Positions 44,439-58,524 of a stretch of DNA of 64,000 nucleotides are shown piece by piece. The stretch lies in contig JAFQRW010000020.1 of assembly GCA_017409875.1 (NCBI GenBank), positions 22,265 to 86,264 on the forward strand, written 5' to 3'. Positions within the stretch are counted from its first letter, which is position 1, and each line of letters begins with the position of its first letter. The position numbers were made by a program, and so were the translations under genes. The DNA comes from Clostridia bacterium (lineage in GTDB: Bacteria > Bacillota > Clostridia > RGIG6154). The notes under the pieces were generated by a model. The model ran no database searches and was not told where the DNA came from. It saw nothing but the letters and a program-made list of their open reading frames with translations.

Positions 44439-45059
44439 CTATTTTATGATTTGCTTGACCAACTCGATGTGATTTTTATATATTTCATCTTTCAATCTTG
44501 TAGTAGCTTCAGTCCTTACGGTAAGATAAAGCGGCTCTATGTTTTTAGGGTCCAGTTTAGTTTCAGAAAGCGGAATTTTGATATATCCTTCCCCCGAAAT
44601 CCCATACTTTTCAAGGTTTTCGTATTTTTCAATCATTTCTTCTTTTAAAAGGAACTGATAAATTTCTTCATCAACCAGCTGAATGGTGCAGAGTGACCCC
44701 TCTAAAATTGCCGTAAGCTTCATGCCTGCAACCCTATCCTGTTCAACAGTTTTATAATCAGTACCCATTGCAGACATAATAGCCTCAGAAATTATAAGCT
44801 TTTCGCTGCCGTTTTGATTAAAGTCAATATCATAATTTTCAATTATTGCATTTTCAATAATCCTCGTGTGGCTGATATCAAGGTCTGTTCCTGCAGCTGC
44901 AATCATAATATTTATATCTTCTTTTTCCCTGAAAACAGTTGCTTTTACTACACTTATAACCATCAGCAAAACAATTACCAGTACGATGGTAGGCCCTAAG
45001 TAATAATCCTTATAGTATTTTAATCTTTTCCCTTTTTCAACATTTTCAAATCCAAGCAT
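44439..45059 (-). CDS. single-pass membrane protein (hypothetical)
   Basis: One TM helix (GPTIVLVIVLLMVISVV). No motif recognised. Confidence 0.55.
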   Translation of the reverse strand: MLGFENVEKGKRLKYYKDYYLGPTIVLVIVLLMVISVVKATVFREKEDINIMIAAAGTDLDISHTRIIENAIIENYDIDFNQNGSEKLIISEAIMSAMGTDYKTVEQDRVAGMKLTAILEGSLCTIQLVDEEIYQFLLKEEMIEKYENLEKYGISGEGYIKIPLSETKLDPKNIEPLYLTVRTEATTRLKDEIYKNHIELVKQIIK

Positions 45060-47578
45060 TATTCTTCACCTTGTGTTTCGTTGTCAGTTTCATTGATTAA
45101 AACTTCTTCATCCAATTCTTCATCTTCGTGTGCAGAAATTGCAATAGAGACAACTTTTTCGCCATTTGTAGCACGCATAAGCATAACACCCTGAGTTGCT
45201 CTGCCCATAACGCTTATTCCCGAAACGGCAATTCTTATTACAATACCTTTTGAAGTTATAAGCATAACATCGTCATCATTTGTAATAGCCTTAACGCCTG
45301 CAACCAAGCCGGATTTTTCGGTAATTCTGTAGGTTTTCACACCTTTACCGCCACGTGACTGCACTTTGTATTCTGCACTTTCGGTAACTTTACCCAAGCC
45401 ATTTTCTGTAACAACCAACAGATTTTTACCGTCAGCCATTACAGCAGAGCCAACAACATAATCGTCTGCCGATAAGTTAATAGCCCTTACGCCGTGTGCA
45501 AGTCTTCCCATAGGACGCACATCTGTTTCTTTAAATCTTATTGACTTTCCGCCACGGGTTACAATAAATACCTCATTATTACCATCAGTTAAGCTTACGT
45601 TAATAAGCTCGTCATCTTCATTAAGAGAAATCGCATAAACACCGCCTTTTCTGTTGGTGTTATACTCTTGTAATGCAGTTTTCTTTATAAGTCCTTTTTT
45701 GGTAATCATTGTAAGGAAATTATCACCCTCAAATGATGAAATCGGAATTGCAGTTGTAACTTTTTCGCCCTCCATTAAAGGCAGAAGATTTACAATAGCA
45801 GTACCTTTGGCGGTTCTTCCTGCCTCCGGAATCTGATAAGCTTTTAATTTGTAAAGTCGGCCTAATGTAGTAAAGAATAAAATATAATCGTGAGTTCTGC
45901 AAATAAATAAGTTTTCCACAAAATCTTCTTCTCTTGTAGAAAGTCCTGACACACCACGTCCGCCACGTCTTTGGCTTCTGTATGTATCAGTTGTAAGACG
46001 TTTAACGTAGCCCACATGAGTAAGAGTAATTACAACCTCTTCATCTTCAATCAAATCTTCAAAATCAACATCGTCTATAGCAGCTTCAATGCCTGTACGG
46101 CGTTCATCGCCGTATTTATCTGCAATGGCTGAAAGCTCAACCTTAATAGTTTCCATAAGCTTGCTTTCATCAGATAAAATTGCTTTAAATTCTTCAGTTT
46201 TAGCTTTCAAATCATTGTATTCTTCATCGATTTTCTCGCCGTTTAAGCGCTGGAGCTGGATAAGACGCATATCCAAAACGCTTTGCGCCTGAATTTCAGA
46301 GAACATAAAGCGTTTCATAAGTCTTTCTTTAGCGTCATCATAAGAACTTCTGATAATTTCAATAACTTCGTCAATATTATCAATAGCAGTTTTAAGGCCC
46401 TCTAAAATGTGCATTCTTGCAAGTGCTTTTTCGAGGTCAAAAGCAGTTCTTCTTTTAACAATATCCTGCTGAAATCTTATATAATTATCAAGATATTCTT
46501 TTAATGTTAAAACCTTCGGCTTACCGTCTTCAATAGCAAGCATATTAATTGAAAAGCTATCCTGAAGGCGTGTAAATTTATAAAGATGGTTTAAAACAAC
46601 CTGCGGATTTGCATCACGCTTTAAGTCAATAACAATTTTAAGACCCACACGGTCAGACGATAAGTCTCTTATATCAGAAATTCCCTCAACACGCTTATCT
46701 TTCACAAGGTCAGCTATTGATTTTACTAACACAGATTTATTAACCTGGTAAGGAATTTCAGAAATTACGATAGAATATCTGTCATCCCTGCCTGATTCAA
46801 CAATCTCACATTTTGCACGGATAACAATTTTTCCTCTTCCTGTTTCATAAGCACTTCTTATACCGTTTCTTCCCATAATTGTAGCACGAGTCGGGAAATC
46901 AGGACCTTTAACATATTCCATAAGCTCGTCAACTGTAATTTCAGGATTGTCAATTTGTGCAATGGCAGCAGAAATTACTTCTCTTAAATTATGAGATGGA
47001 ATATTTGTTGCCATACCAACAGCAATACCAGAACAGCCGTTTACCAATAAAACAGGTATTCTTGTAGGAAGTACTACAGGCTCTTTTCTTTTTTCGTCAA
47101 AGTTTGGAACAAAGTCGACAGTATTTTTATCAATATCTGCCAAAAGCTCGTTTGCAATTTTGCTCATTCTTGCTTCTGTGTAACGGTAAGCAGCAGGTGG
47201 GTCACCGTCTACAGAACCAAAGTTACCGTGACCGTCAATTAACGGATATCTTAACGAAAAGTCCTGAGCCATTCTAACGAGTGCATCATAAACAGAGGCA
47301 TCGCCGTGCGGATGGTATCTGCCGATAACATTACCAACAGTTGTTGCCGATTTAAAAAATGGTTTGTCTGCTGTTAAGTGTTCTTCATACATTGAATATA
47401 AAATTCTTCTGTGAACAGGCTTTAAACCGTCTCTTACGTCAGGAAGAGCACGGCTTATAATTACCGACATAGAATAGTCGATAAAAGCCTCTTTCATTCT
47501 TTTTTCTATATTCACATCAACGATTGTCTGATTGGCAAGATGCTCAACAAAATTTGTATCGTTGTTTTGATTTTTCAT
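45059..47578 (-). CDS. gyrA: DNA gyrase subunit A
   Basis: [17 protein letters not shown] and [10 protein letters not shown] (catalytic Tyr). Acidic tail. Start at ATG 47578 with RBS. Confidence 0.95.
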   Translation of the reverse strand: MKNQNNDTNFVEHLANQTIVDVNIEKRMKEAFIDYSMSVIISRALPDVRDGLKPVHRRILYSMYEEHLTADKPFFKSATTVGNVIGRYHPHGDASVYDALVRMAQDFSLRYPLIDGHGNFGSVDGDPPAAYRYTEARMSKIANELLADIDKNTVDFVPNFDEKRKEPVVLPTRIPVLLVNGCSGIAVGMATNIPSHNLREVISAAIAQIDNPEITVDELMEYVKGPDFPTRATIMGRNGIRSAYETGRGKIVIRAKCEIVESGRDDRYSIVISEIPYQVNKSVLVKSIADLVKDKRVEGISDIRDLSSDRVGLKIVIDLKRDANPQVVLNHLYKFTRLQDSFSINMLAIEDGKPKVLTLKEYLDNYIRFQQDIVKRRTAFDLEKALARMHILEGLKTAIDNIDEVIEIIRSSYDDAKERLMKRFMFSEIQAQSVLDMRLIQLQRLNGEKIDEEYNDLKAKTEEFKAILSDESKLMETIKVELSAIADKYGDERRTGIEAAIDDVDFEDLIEDEEVVITLTHVGYVKRLTTDTYRSQRRGGRGVSGLSTREEDFVENLFICRTHDYILFFTTLGRLYKLKAYQIPEAGRTAKGTAIVNLLPLMEGEKVTTAIPISSFEGDNFLTMITKKGLIKKTALQEYNTNRKGGVYAISLNEDDELINVSLTDGNNEVFIVTRGGKSIRFKETDVRPMGRLAHGVRAINLSADDYVVGSAVMADGKNLLVVTENGLGKVTESAEYKVQSRGGKGVKTYRITEKSGLVAGVKAITNDDDVMLITSKGIVIRIAVSGISVMGRATQGVMLMRATNGEKVVSIAISAHEDEELDEEVLINETDNETQGEE

Positions 47579-47601
47579 TTTATTGCTCCTTTCAAAAGGC
47601 A

Positions 47602-50627
<3,026 letters not shown>

Positions 50628-50628
50628 T

Positions 50629-50892
50629 TTATAAATATTCTCCGCCCTGATTTTTTCGTAAAGTCGAAACACTTATTGATGATAAATAATATTTTTCATT
50701 TTTAAATTCATCAATACATAAAATTACAGACTGAGGAATTTTTTCAGGCTCTGCAATTTCCAGCATTTTATTTTTTTCAAGATTTCTGAAAAAATCTCTT
50801 CCTTCAACAGAAGAAGTAAATTCTTCAAAATCAAAAATTCCCAATATGTCTTTTTTAAAAAGATAAATGTTACCGCCTATATTTATCAGCAT
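50629..50892 (-). CDS. remB: DUF370 / RemB-like protein
   Basis: MLINIGGNIYLFKKDILGIFDFE parallels B. subtilis RemB (YaaB) MYIHLGDDFVVSTRDIVGIFDF. Confidence 0.6.
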   Translation of the reverse strand: MLINIGGNIYLFKKDILGIFDFEEFTSSVEGRDFFRNLEKNKMLEIAEPEKIPQSVILCIDEFKNEKYYLSSISVSTLRKNQGGEYL

Positions 50893-50900
50893 AAGCTCTC

Positions 50901-52007
50901 CTATTTTTTAAGTCTTATAGGAAGAATAATGTAGAAAAATCTGTCACCTTCCAACGGAGTAACCACCATCGGAGATAAAGGAGTTGAAAATTCAACAAAA
51001 ACTTCTTCTGTATCGCATGAATTAAATACATCTAAAAGGAACTGATTTGTAAAACCTATTTCTAAATTTTCTCCGTATAATTTTTCTATTGCGGTTTCAT
51101 CATGAACTTTTCCTGCAAGCGTTTCGCAGTCAATTACAATATTATCATCACTAATATTTATTTTAACGGGACTTTTTACTTTCTGACCACTTATAATAGG
51201 AGAAACTCTTTCAAAAGTATCTTTAAGCTTACGAACAGAGCCTTTGCATTTAACAGGGCTTTGAGTCTGGATAAACTTTTTATAATTAATATATTCGCCT
51301 TCAAGCATTCTTGAAATTAATCTGCAGTTGTCAAATTCAAACATAACAAATCTGTCAGCAGGATAAATTTCAACATTTCCGTTTTCGCCCAAAACCTTCA
51401 AAAGTTCGTTTAAAGTCTTAAAAGGAACAACAAAATCTTCAATAGCAATAGCCTCTATAACAGGTTCTTTTCTTATTGCAAGACGAAAACCGTCTAAAGC
51501 AACTATGTTCAAAATACCTTCCTGAACAGAAAAAAGCTCACCTGTTAAAATAGGTTTGGTTTCAGATTTTGCGACAGCAAAGAGAGTTTGTCTTACCATT
51601 GCTTTTAGTTTAGCACATTCAATTACAATTTTTTTATCAACATCAACATCAAAAGATGAAGGGTATTCTTCTGCATTAAGACCTGAAATCTGGAAAACAG
51701 ACTGACCTGATAAAATAGTAGTAATAAACTTTTCATCAGATTCAAAAACAATAAATTCTCCGCCTGCACGTCTTATAATATCGCCGAACATTCTTGCATT
51801 TAAAACAATTTTTCCGGTTTCTGTGATTTCAGCTTCAAATGAAGCCTCAATAGCAATTTCTAAATCATTACCTGTAATGCAGACAGTGTTTCCCACAGTT
51901 TCAAGCAGCAAGCCCTCCATAACAGGAAGAGTAGAATTAACAGCAACTGCTTTTTCTGCTTTTTGAATAGCTGATAAAATATCCTCTCTTAAGCATTTGA
52001 ATTTCAT
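50901..52007 (-). CDS. dnaN: DNA polymerase III beta sliding clamp
   Basis: 368 aa, three-domain clamp (MKFKCLREDILSAIQKAEKAV..., C-terminal ILPIRL). Sits between dnaA and recF. Confidence 0.9.
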   Translation of the reverse strand: MKFKCLREDILSAIQKAEKAVAVNSTLPVMEGLLLETVGNTVCITGNDLEIAIEASFEAEITETGKIVLNARMFGDIIRRAGGEFIVFESDEKFITTILSGQSVFQISGLNAEEYPSSFDVDVDKKIVIECAKLKAMVRQTLFAVAKSETKPILTGELFSVQEGILNIVALDGFRLAIRKEPVIEAIAIEDFVVPFKTLNELLKVLGENGNVEIYPADRFVMFEFDNCRLISRMLEGEYINYKKFIQTQSPVKCKGSVRKLKDTFERVSPIISGQKVKSPVKINISDDNIVIDCETLAGKVHDETAIEKLYGENLEIGFTNQFLLDVFNSCDTEEVFVEFSTPLSPMVVTPLEGDRFFYIILPIRLKK

Positions 52008-52262
52008 AATTTTAAGCTCCTTTGTAAGATTTTAAAATTTAAGGGCATCTGCCACGAAAAAATGTAAATCTATATTTTAATTATAGTATATAACAGTAGT
52101 ATATCTTGTCGAAAATGTATAAAAGTCAAAAATATCCTTATATAGCAACATTTATTTATTTCATAACTTTAAAGAAAACCTGAATATAAAATTTTAAGCA
52201 ATAAAGTTATAAACATCATTAAAAAGAAATTATTTACATATCTACAATAAATGTCTAAAACT

Positions 52263-53597
52263 TTATCCGTAAATAAGATTTTTAATGTCATTTACTGCAG
52301 TTTTAATTTCTTCATCTTTTTTAATGTCGTCCGAAACCTTGTTAATTGCATAAAGTGTGGTGGAATGCTTTCTTTCAAAAGCTCTTCCTATTGATGTTGA
52401 AGTAATTTTTTTAACAGTTATCGAGCACAAATACATTGCAATTTGTCTTGCAGTTGCAATTTCTTTTTTCTTACTTTCGCCCATTATATCGTCTATAGAA
52501 ATATTAAAATATTTACAAACTGCTTTTTTTACCATATCAACAGTAACATCAACATCTGATTCATAAACTAAATCTTTTAAAATTTCAGATGCAACATCTT
52601 CAGTTATTTCAACATTTATATTAACATCTTTGTAAGCAATAATTTTATTTAAAGCACCCTCAAGCTCACGGATGTTTGATTTGATGTTGTCAGCTATGTA
52701 AACATAAACATCATCTGAAAAATGAGCGCCTTCTCTTTGAGCCTTATTTTTTAAGATAGCAATTCTTGTTTCAAAATCAGGAGGGGTAATGTCAGATGTC
52801 AAACCCCAGGCAAATCTTGAACGAAGTCTTTCTTCAATAGGCTGAATTTCGTTTGGCGGGCGGTCAGATGTTAAAACAATCTGTTTTGAATTTTCGTAAA
52901 GCTCATTAAAAGTGTGGAAAAATTCTTCAACAGTAGATTCCTTTCCCGCAATGAATTGAATATCGTCAACAATTAAAATATCGGCATTTCTGTATTTTTC
53001 TCTGAAAAGATCAGTAGTTTTGTTTGCAAGTGAATTAATAAATTCGTTTGTGTACTTTTCAGAAGAAACATAAATAACTTTAGCATCAGGACGTGATGCT
53101 TTAAAAAAGTTTCCTATAGCCTGGCAAAGATGTGTTTTTCCAAGACCTGCTCCGCCGTACAAAAATAACGGATTATACTTTCCTCCCGGTGCTTCTGCAA
53201 CAGAGAGTGCGTAAGCATGAGCATACCTGTTGGAGTTACCTACAACAAAAGTATCAAAAGTATATTTAGGATTAAGAAGCGTTTCATCTTTTTTAATTCC
53301 GAGCTTTTTATATTCGTCAGCCTCAGATTCTAAAGGTTCTTCCTCACCGTGAAGTAAAACTTTTAATTTGTAAACTTTTTTAGTTACTTTAAAAACTGCG
53401 TCTTTAATAATTTCGGCATATCTGTCCTCAATAGAAGCTTTAGCAACAGAATTAGGCGCCCATAAAAACATAAATTCAGTGCCGAACTTAGCTTTTTCAA
53501 TGGGAGCAATCCATGTGTTGTACTGAACATCCATAATAAGACCGGAATTTTTAATTCTAAGGCAGGTTTCCTGCCATATATTTTCGTGAATACTCAT
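52263..53597 (-). CDS. dnaA: chromosomal replication initiator DnaA
   Basis: FLYGGAGLGKTHL, LIVDDIQF, and domain IV ARQIAMYL...GRAFERKHSTTLYA. Start at ATG 53597. Confidence 0.95.
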   Translation of the reverse strand: MSIHENIWQETCLRIKNSGLIMDVQYNTWIAPIEKAKFGTEFMFLWAPNSVAKASIEDRYAEIIKDAVFKVTKKVYKLKVLLHGEEEPLESEADEYKKLGIKKDETLLNPKYTFDTFVVGNSNRYAHAYALSVAEAPGGKYNPLFLYGGAGLGKTHLCQAIGNFFKASRPDAKVIYVSSEKYTNEFINSLANKTTDLFREKYRNADILIVDDIQFIAGKESTVEEFFHTFNELYENSKQIVLTSDRPPNEIQPIEERLRSRFAWGLTSDITPPDFETRIAILKNKAQREGAHFSDDVYVYIADNIKSNIRELEGALNKIIAYKDVNINVEITEDVASEILKDLVYESDVDVTVDMVKKAVCKYFNISIDDIMGESKKKEIATARQIAMYLCSITVKKITSTSIGRAFERKHSTTLYAINKVSDDIKKDEEIKTAVNDIKNLIYG

Positions 53598-53703
53598 AAA
53601 ATCACCATACAAAAACAGAATAAATTTATACGAAATAATTATAACATAAAAATTATAAAATATCAAGAAAAAATTTTCATTATTTGAGTTTTAAAACAAA
53701 AAA

Positions 53704-53735
53704 ACACCCCTATTTTAAAAAAAGGGGTTGTTTTT
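53704..53735 (-). terminator. terminator after the YycI-like gene
   Basis: ACCCC-n13-GGGGT hairpin with flanking A/T runs. Confidence 0.5.
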
Positions 53736-53776
53736 GATTAGGGTAACGCAAAATTTAAAATAATGTAAAATAGAGG

Positions 53777-54598
53777 CTATTTAACCATTTTAGCCGAAAT
53801 AGCGTCAAAATAAAGACGACTACCGTCAGTCAAAACAATTTCATAACAAGGAAGCGCAGAAATAGATTTATAATCATTTGGATTATTTTCAGTGTAGTAA
53901 CCAGTGTTTATTTGGGAAATTTCTATTTTTTCATTGCTTTGTCTTTCAGCAGAATATCTTAAAAGAACATTTATCGGATTATTTGTGTATTTTTTAGACT
54001 CTGACAAAGAATCAAGAGCAAAAATACTTCCTTCAATGCGATAAACACCGCCTCCGCTGACATAAACATAAGTTTTAACATTAAAAAGAGGCTTATCAAA
54101 AAAAGAATGCCTTAAAGTAACCTTAAAATTGCCGTTTTCGTTTACAACATCAAAAACTTTCAAATCAGAAACATCAATTTCGTGTTCTTTTAAAAAATTG
54201 ACAGCATATTTTGCAACAGTTTTTTCATTAAATTCCTTAAAAGTGTGATTGTCTTTTGTATTAAGTACAAATTCGCCGTTTGTAATTGCAAGGTCTCCGC
54301 TGTCACTGATATATTTTGAATTTTTAATAATAAAAGGCCCTAAAAGCTTTGATGCAATCACCTTTTCGTCGCTAGTTATTCCTTTAAGATTTAAGTAACT
54401 AATGTTTTCAGAGTAAGAAAGCTTAACATTATCTTTTAAGAATACATTTCTTTTATTTAAAATGGTGGTAGTGTTTGAAATTGTCTTACTGTCTGGCGTT
54501 AAAATATCATTTGATGTAACAAAAATGTAGCCGGCTAAAAATATATTAACTATTGCAAATAAAATAATTAAAATAGTTTTTGCACGTCCGAAATTCAT
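53777..54598 (-). CDS. YycI/YycH-like membrane-anchored regulatory protein
   Basis: N-terminal MNFGRAKTILIILFAIVNIFLAGYIF resembles YycI. 273 aa. Confidence 0.5.
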   Translation of the reverse strand: MNFGRAKTILIILFAIVNIFLAGYIFVTSNDILTPDSKTISNTTTILNKRNVFLKDNVKLSYSENISYLNLKGITSDEKVIASKLLGPFIIKNSKYISDSGDLAITNGEFVLNTKDNHTFKEFNEKTVAKYAVNFLKEHEIDVSDLKVFDVVNENGNFKVTLRHSFFDKPLFNVKTYVYVSGGGVYRIEGSIFALDSLSESKKYTNNPINVLLRYSAERQSNEKIEISQINTGYYTENNPNDYKSISALPCYEIVLTDGSRLYFDAISAKMVK

Positions 54599-54710
54599 AT
54601 AATCACCGCCTTTAATTAAAGTTTACAATAATATTGACAAAAAATCAATAAAAAAGGAAAAAATCATTTACAACAATAATAAAGTGTGATAATATTAAGA
54701 GAAAAGTGGG

Positions 54711-55262
54711 GTGGTAAAAATTAATGTTAAAGCAATAGTGTTTGATGAAAACGACATAAAAAAATGTCTGGCAAGAATATCCCATCAGATTATAGAAAAA
54801 AATGAAGATTTAAATAACGTACTTGTTTTAGGAATAAAAACAAGAGGAATACATATAGCAAACAGACTTTGTGAAAACATAAAAAATTTTGCGTGCCAGA
54901 ATATCGGATGCGAAACACTTGATGTAACAAATTACCGTGATGATTTAGGCGAAATAGTAATAAATCCTGATGTTATAAAAGCCGATGTAGAGGGAAAAAC
55001 TGTTATAATCGCAGACGATGTTTTGTATACAGGCAGAACAGCCCGTGCAGCAATGGAAGCTGTTATAAGAAAAGGAAGACCTGCATCAATTCAGCTTGCA
55101 GTTTTGGTAGACCGAGGACACCGCGAGCTTCCCATCAGGGCAGATTATGTGGGAAAAAACATCCCCACCTCAAAAACTGAGACAATAAAAGTAAACCTAA
55201 AAGAAACAGACGGAAAAGAAAATATAGAGATATATGAGAGAGACTTACGTCTCTCAATGTGA
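54711..55262 (+). CDS. pyrR: bifunctional pyr operon regulator / uracil phosphoribosyltransferase PyrR
   Basis: LVLGIKTRGIHIANRL and VIIADDVLYTGRTARAAMEA (PRPP motif). GTG start. Confidence 0.9.
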   Translation: MVKINVKAIVFDENDIKKCLARISHQIIEKNEDLNNVLVLGIKTRGIHIANRLCENIKNFACQNIGCETLDVTNYRDDLGEIVINPDVIKADVEGKTVIIADDVLYTGRTARAAMEAVIRKGRPASIQLAVLVDRGHRELPIRADYVGKNIPTSKTETIKVNLKETDGKENIEIYERDLRLSM

Positions 55263-55285
55263 AATTACCATTTCACATTGGCTTT

Positions 55286-55363
55286 GCAAATTTGTTCGCT
55301 TCGTCGAAACACGCTATATAGTTAATGGCAATGGACTTAATCCATTGCCATTATTTTTTCGCG
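55286..55363 (-). repeat. REP-like intergenic element, copy B (inverted relative to copy A)
   Basis: The reverse complement is 76/78 identical to 15607-15684. Confidence 0.85.
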
Positions 55364-55549
55364 GTTTCTCCTCTCAAAATGAAAACACCTGTTTTCATTT
55401 TGCAACGGCCGAAAAAGAAATTTTTCGACCGAAAAGGAAGAGTCGTGCAAAATTGTAGGGCACAGCGTTTACGATGTGCCGAAATAAAAGCACGAACTCT
55501 GACGCGGCACATGTCCTGACTTTTTATGATTTAAGTTATTTTTTTAATG

Positions 55550-55990
55550 TTATTCATTTTCAATATCAATAATCATCTGAACACGTTTTTCGTGCCTTTC
55601 GCCCTCGTATGATGCACCAAAGAAAGCATCAACAATGGTTTCAGCAGTAGCAGGGCCAATTACTCTTGCTCCAAAAGAAACAATGTTTGCATTATTGTGT
55701 CTTACTGCCATTTCAGCGCTGTACGGTTCAGAGCAAACAACAGCACGAATACCTTTAACCTTGTTTGCAGCGATAGAAATTCCAACTCCTGTTCCGCAAA
55801 CTAAAACGCCTTTTTCAGCCTCGCCGGAAGCAACGCACTTTGCAACCTTTTCGCCAAATTCAGGGTAGTTACAGCTGCTTGATGTATATGTACCGCAGTC
55901 TGTTATTTCAAATCCCTTTTTTTCAAGATATTCCTTAATATAGTTTTTAAGTTCAAGACCTGCATGGTCAGAGCCCATTGCAATTTTCAT
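55550..55990 (-). CDS. rpiB: ribose-5-phosphate isomerase B
   Basis: MKIAMGSDHAGLELKNYI and CGTGVGISIAANK. ATG 55990 with a GGAGA RBS. Confidence 0.9.
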   Translation of the reverse strand: MKIAMGSDHAGLELKNYIKEYLEKKGFEITDCGTYTSSSCNYPEFGEKVAKCVASGEAEKGVLVCGTGVGISIAANKVKGIRAVVCSEPYSAEMAVRHNNANIVSFGARVIGPATAETIVDAFFGASYEGERHEKRVQMIIDIENE

Positions 55991-56130
55991 AAAAAATCTC
56001 CTTTTGCTTACAATATATAATAAGTATACCATTTTTCTTGGTATTTTTCAACATATTTTCAATATTTCTTGTTGACAAAACAAAAAGATGCGAGTATCAT
56101 AAAATTAAATTTTGAAGAAAGGAAAAAAAT

Positions 56131-57018
56131 ATGAGAAAAGCGTTTGTAATAGTAAATCCCAAAGCGGGAAAAACACGTTCAAAAACAATGCTTTTTGATA
56201 TTGTAGAGGAGCTTTGCAAAAATAGTTACACAGTAAATTGTGCAATTTCGCTTTATCCGGGCCATGCAAAAGAACTTGCGCAAAATGCTGCAAATGAGGG
56301 CTATGACCTTATTGTTGTATCAGGCGGAGACGGTACTTTAAATGAAGTAACCGAGGGCGTTTTTAAATCAGGCAAAAAAACGCCTATAGGATATATTCCG
56401 TCAGGAAGCACAAACGATTTTGCACTTTCGGCAGGTATTTCTTCAAATCCAAAAACCGCAATTAACGATATTGTAAGCGGAAATGACTATTTAATGGATA
56501 TCGGAAAATTCGGAGACAGATATTTTAATTATATTGCCTCTTTCGGAGCATTTACATCGGTTTCATATAAAACACCGCAGGCAAGCAAAAATGCCTTAGG
56601 ACACTTAGCATATATAATAGAAGGAATAAAAGATATCGGCTCAATTACACCGTGCCATATTAAAATGGAAGCAGATGGCAAGGTGTATGAGGGAGACTAT
56701 TCATTCGGGGCGATAGGAAATTCCACCTCAATAGGCGGACTTATTAAGTTAAAAGAAGAATTGGTCAGCTTGTGCGACGGTGTTTTTGAGGTTATATTGA
56801 TAAAACAGCCTCAGAATCCCGTAGAACTGAGTACAATAATCCACGGACTTACATTTTCTGACTTTCAAGACCCAATGTTTGAATTTTTCAAGGCGTCAAA
56901 AATAAAGATAACAACCGATGCAAGCTTTGACTGGACTTTAGACGGCGAATTTGAAAAAGGCAAAAAAGAAATTGAAGTTTCAAATATAAATAAAGCGTAT
57001 ATATTAAGGAAAAGGTAG
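56131..57018 (+). CDS. diacylglycerol/lipid kinase family protein (YegS/BmrU type)
   Basis: Contains the VVSGGDGTLNEV motif. Confidence 0.8.
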   Translation: MRKAFVIVNPKAGKTRSKTMLFDIVEELCKNSYTVNCAISLYPGHAKELAQNAANEGYDLIVVSGGDGTLNEVTEGVFKSGKKTPIGYIPSGSTNDFALSAGISSNPKTAINDIVSGNDYLMDIGKFGDRYFNYIASFGAFTSVSYKTPQASKNALGHLAYIIEGIKDIGSITPCHIKMEADGKVYEGDYSFGAIGNSTSIGGLIKLKEELVSLCDGVFEVILIKQPQNPVELSTIIHGLTFSDFQDPMFEFFKASKIKITTDASFDWTLDGEFEKGKKEIEVSNINKAYILRKR

Positions 57019-57022
57019 TAAA

Positions 57023-57721
57023 ATGAAAACAGCAATAGTAACAGGAGCATCGGGCGGAATTGGCAGAGAGATTGCAAGACAGCTTTTTAAAAGCGGATAT
57101 ACAGTTTTTGGAACGTATTTTAAAAATCAATTTTTTGAAGACGGCATAATCTCTGTAAAATGCGATGTTACAAACCCAAAAGACGTAGAAAATCTTGTAA
57201 AAACAGTAATAAATCAAACGGGAAGAATTGATGTTTTGGTCAATAACGCAGGCGTGTGCAAAACAGGAGTTTTCCAAAGCTTTTCGGAAGCGGATTTTGA
57301 CAATATTATAAATGTGAATTTAAAAGGCACGTTTTTAATGTCAAAAGCAGTTGCAGATACAATGATAAACCAAAAGTCAGGCAGAATTATAAATATAAGC
57401 TCAATCTGGGGAGTAGAAGGCGCATCTTGCGAGTCGGTATATTCTGCATCAAAAGCAGGTATAATCGGCTTTACAAAAGCACTGGCGGGAGAACTTGCCC
57501 CAAGTAAAATCACAGTAAACTCGGTATCGCCCGGCGTAATTTTAACCGATATGTTAAAAGAATACGGGGAAGAGGAATTAGAAGACCTGAAAAACCAGAC
57601 ACCAATAGGAAGACTCGGCACACCAAAAGATGTTGCAAACGCAGTAATGTTTTTCGCAAAGCAAGAATCAGACTTTATAACAGGTCAGAATTTAGTAGTA
57701 GACGGCTTGTTTTTAAACTGA
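57023..57721 (+). CDS. SDR-family oxidoreductase (FabG-like)
   Basis: TGASGGIGREIA, NNAG and YSASKAGIIGFTKAL. Confidence 0.8.
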   Translation: MKTAIVTGASGGIGREIARQLFKSGYTVFGTYFKNQFFEDGIISVKCDVTNPKDVENLVKTVINQTGRIDVLVNNAGVCKTGVFQSFSEADFDNIINVNLKGTFLMSKAVADTMINQKSGRIINISSIWGVEGASCESVYSASKAGIIGFTKALAGELAPSKITVNSVSPGVILTDMLKEYGEEELEDLKNQTPIGRLGTPKDVANAVMFFAKQESDFITGQNLVVDGLFLN

Positions 57722-57753
57722 TATGTAAAAGGAAGGGATTTCCCTTCCTTTTT

Positions 57754-57810
57754 TTAATAAAACTTCTTCTTATTTTTAAGTTCGTTTAGCTGGTTCATAA
57801 TCTCGCCGAA
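57754..57810 (-). pseudogene. orphan 3' tail of a cotJC allele (19 codons including stop)
   Basis: The reverse strand reads FGEIMNQLNELKNKKKFY*, the same peptide as the end of the live cotJC (58860-58916), but with 6 nucleotide differences that are all synonymous. Confidence 0.8.
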
Positions 57811-57941
57811 CTTAGTAATTTAAGGAACACAATTTCAGCCCTACAGCCATAAGGGTTTGAGGTGTTTGCAAAAATTTATATTTTAGTGTATAATGAAACT
57901 TGTCCTTGAATGTCACATAACGTTTGTGGTACAATCGCCCA

Positions 57942-57955
57942 AAATAACGTTATTT
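57942..57955. promoter_or_regulatory. 14-bp palindrome AAATAACGTTATTT in the toxin leader (second copy)
   Basis: Same element as 14641-14654. TATAAT at 57889-57894 lies upstream. Confidence 0.5.
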
Positions 57956-57972
57956 ACATTTTAAGGAAAGGA

Positions 57973-58515
57973 ATGATTATTGTTTTTGGTAATAGCAATT
58001 TAAACCCGATGGTAACCCAAAGTATCAATTGGAAATGTTGGTATGCAAAGCTGTCACTTGCAACCTGTAAAGACTGTCGTGACCTTAATTTGAGAATTTT
58101 TGATATGTATGAACCATTGAGACATCCAATGCATCCTAATTGTCGGTGTTCTTTAGTACCACTCGGCGCCATATACAATGGTACTGCCACATCAGATGGG
58201 CTTTCAGGAGCAGATGTATGGCTGAAAATGTATGGGGAATTACCGGGAAACTATGTAGATAAGGATTATGCAAAAGAACATGGGTGGAAAAGTATCAAAG
58301 GAAATTTAAGAGAGGTTCTTCCGGGTGCAACGATGGGAGGGAATATCTATTATAACAACGAGCATATTCTCCCCGAAAAACCGGGAAGAATATGGCATGA
58401 AGCAGATATAAATTATGATGGTGGTTTCAGAAACACCCATCGTCTCTTGTACTCCAATGATGGACTTGTATTTGTTACTTATGACCATTATCAAACATTT
58501 TATGAAATAATTTAG
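57973..58515 (+). CDS. barnase-type ribonuclease toxin with MuF-like HPNCxC knuckle (paralogue 2)
   Basis: WKCWYAKLSLATCKDC...HPMHPNCRCSL then GRIWHEADINYDGGFRNTHRLLYSNDGLVFVTYDHYQTFYEI. ATG 57973 with an AAGGAAAGGA RBS. Confidence 0.85.
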   Translation: MIIVFGNSNLNPMVTQSINWKCWYAKLSLATCKDCRDLNLRIFDMYEPLRHPMHPNCRCSLVPLGAIYNGTATSDGLSGADVWLKMYGELPGNYVDKDYAKEHGWKSIKGNLREVLPGATMGGNIYYNNEHILPEKPGRIWHEADINYDGGFRNTHRLLYSNDGLVFVTYDHYQTFYEII

Positions 58516-58524
58516 GAGGTAAAT

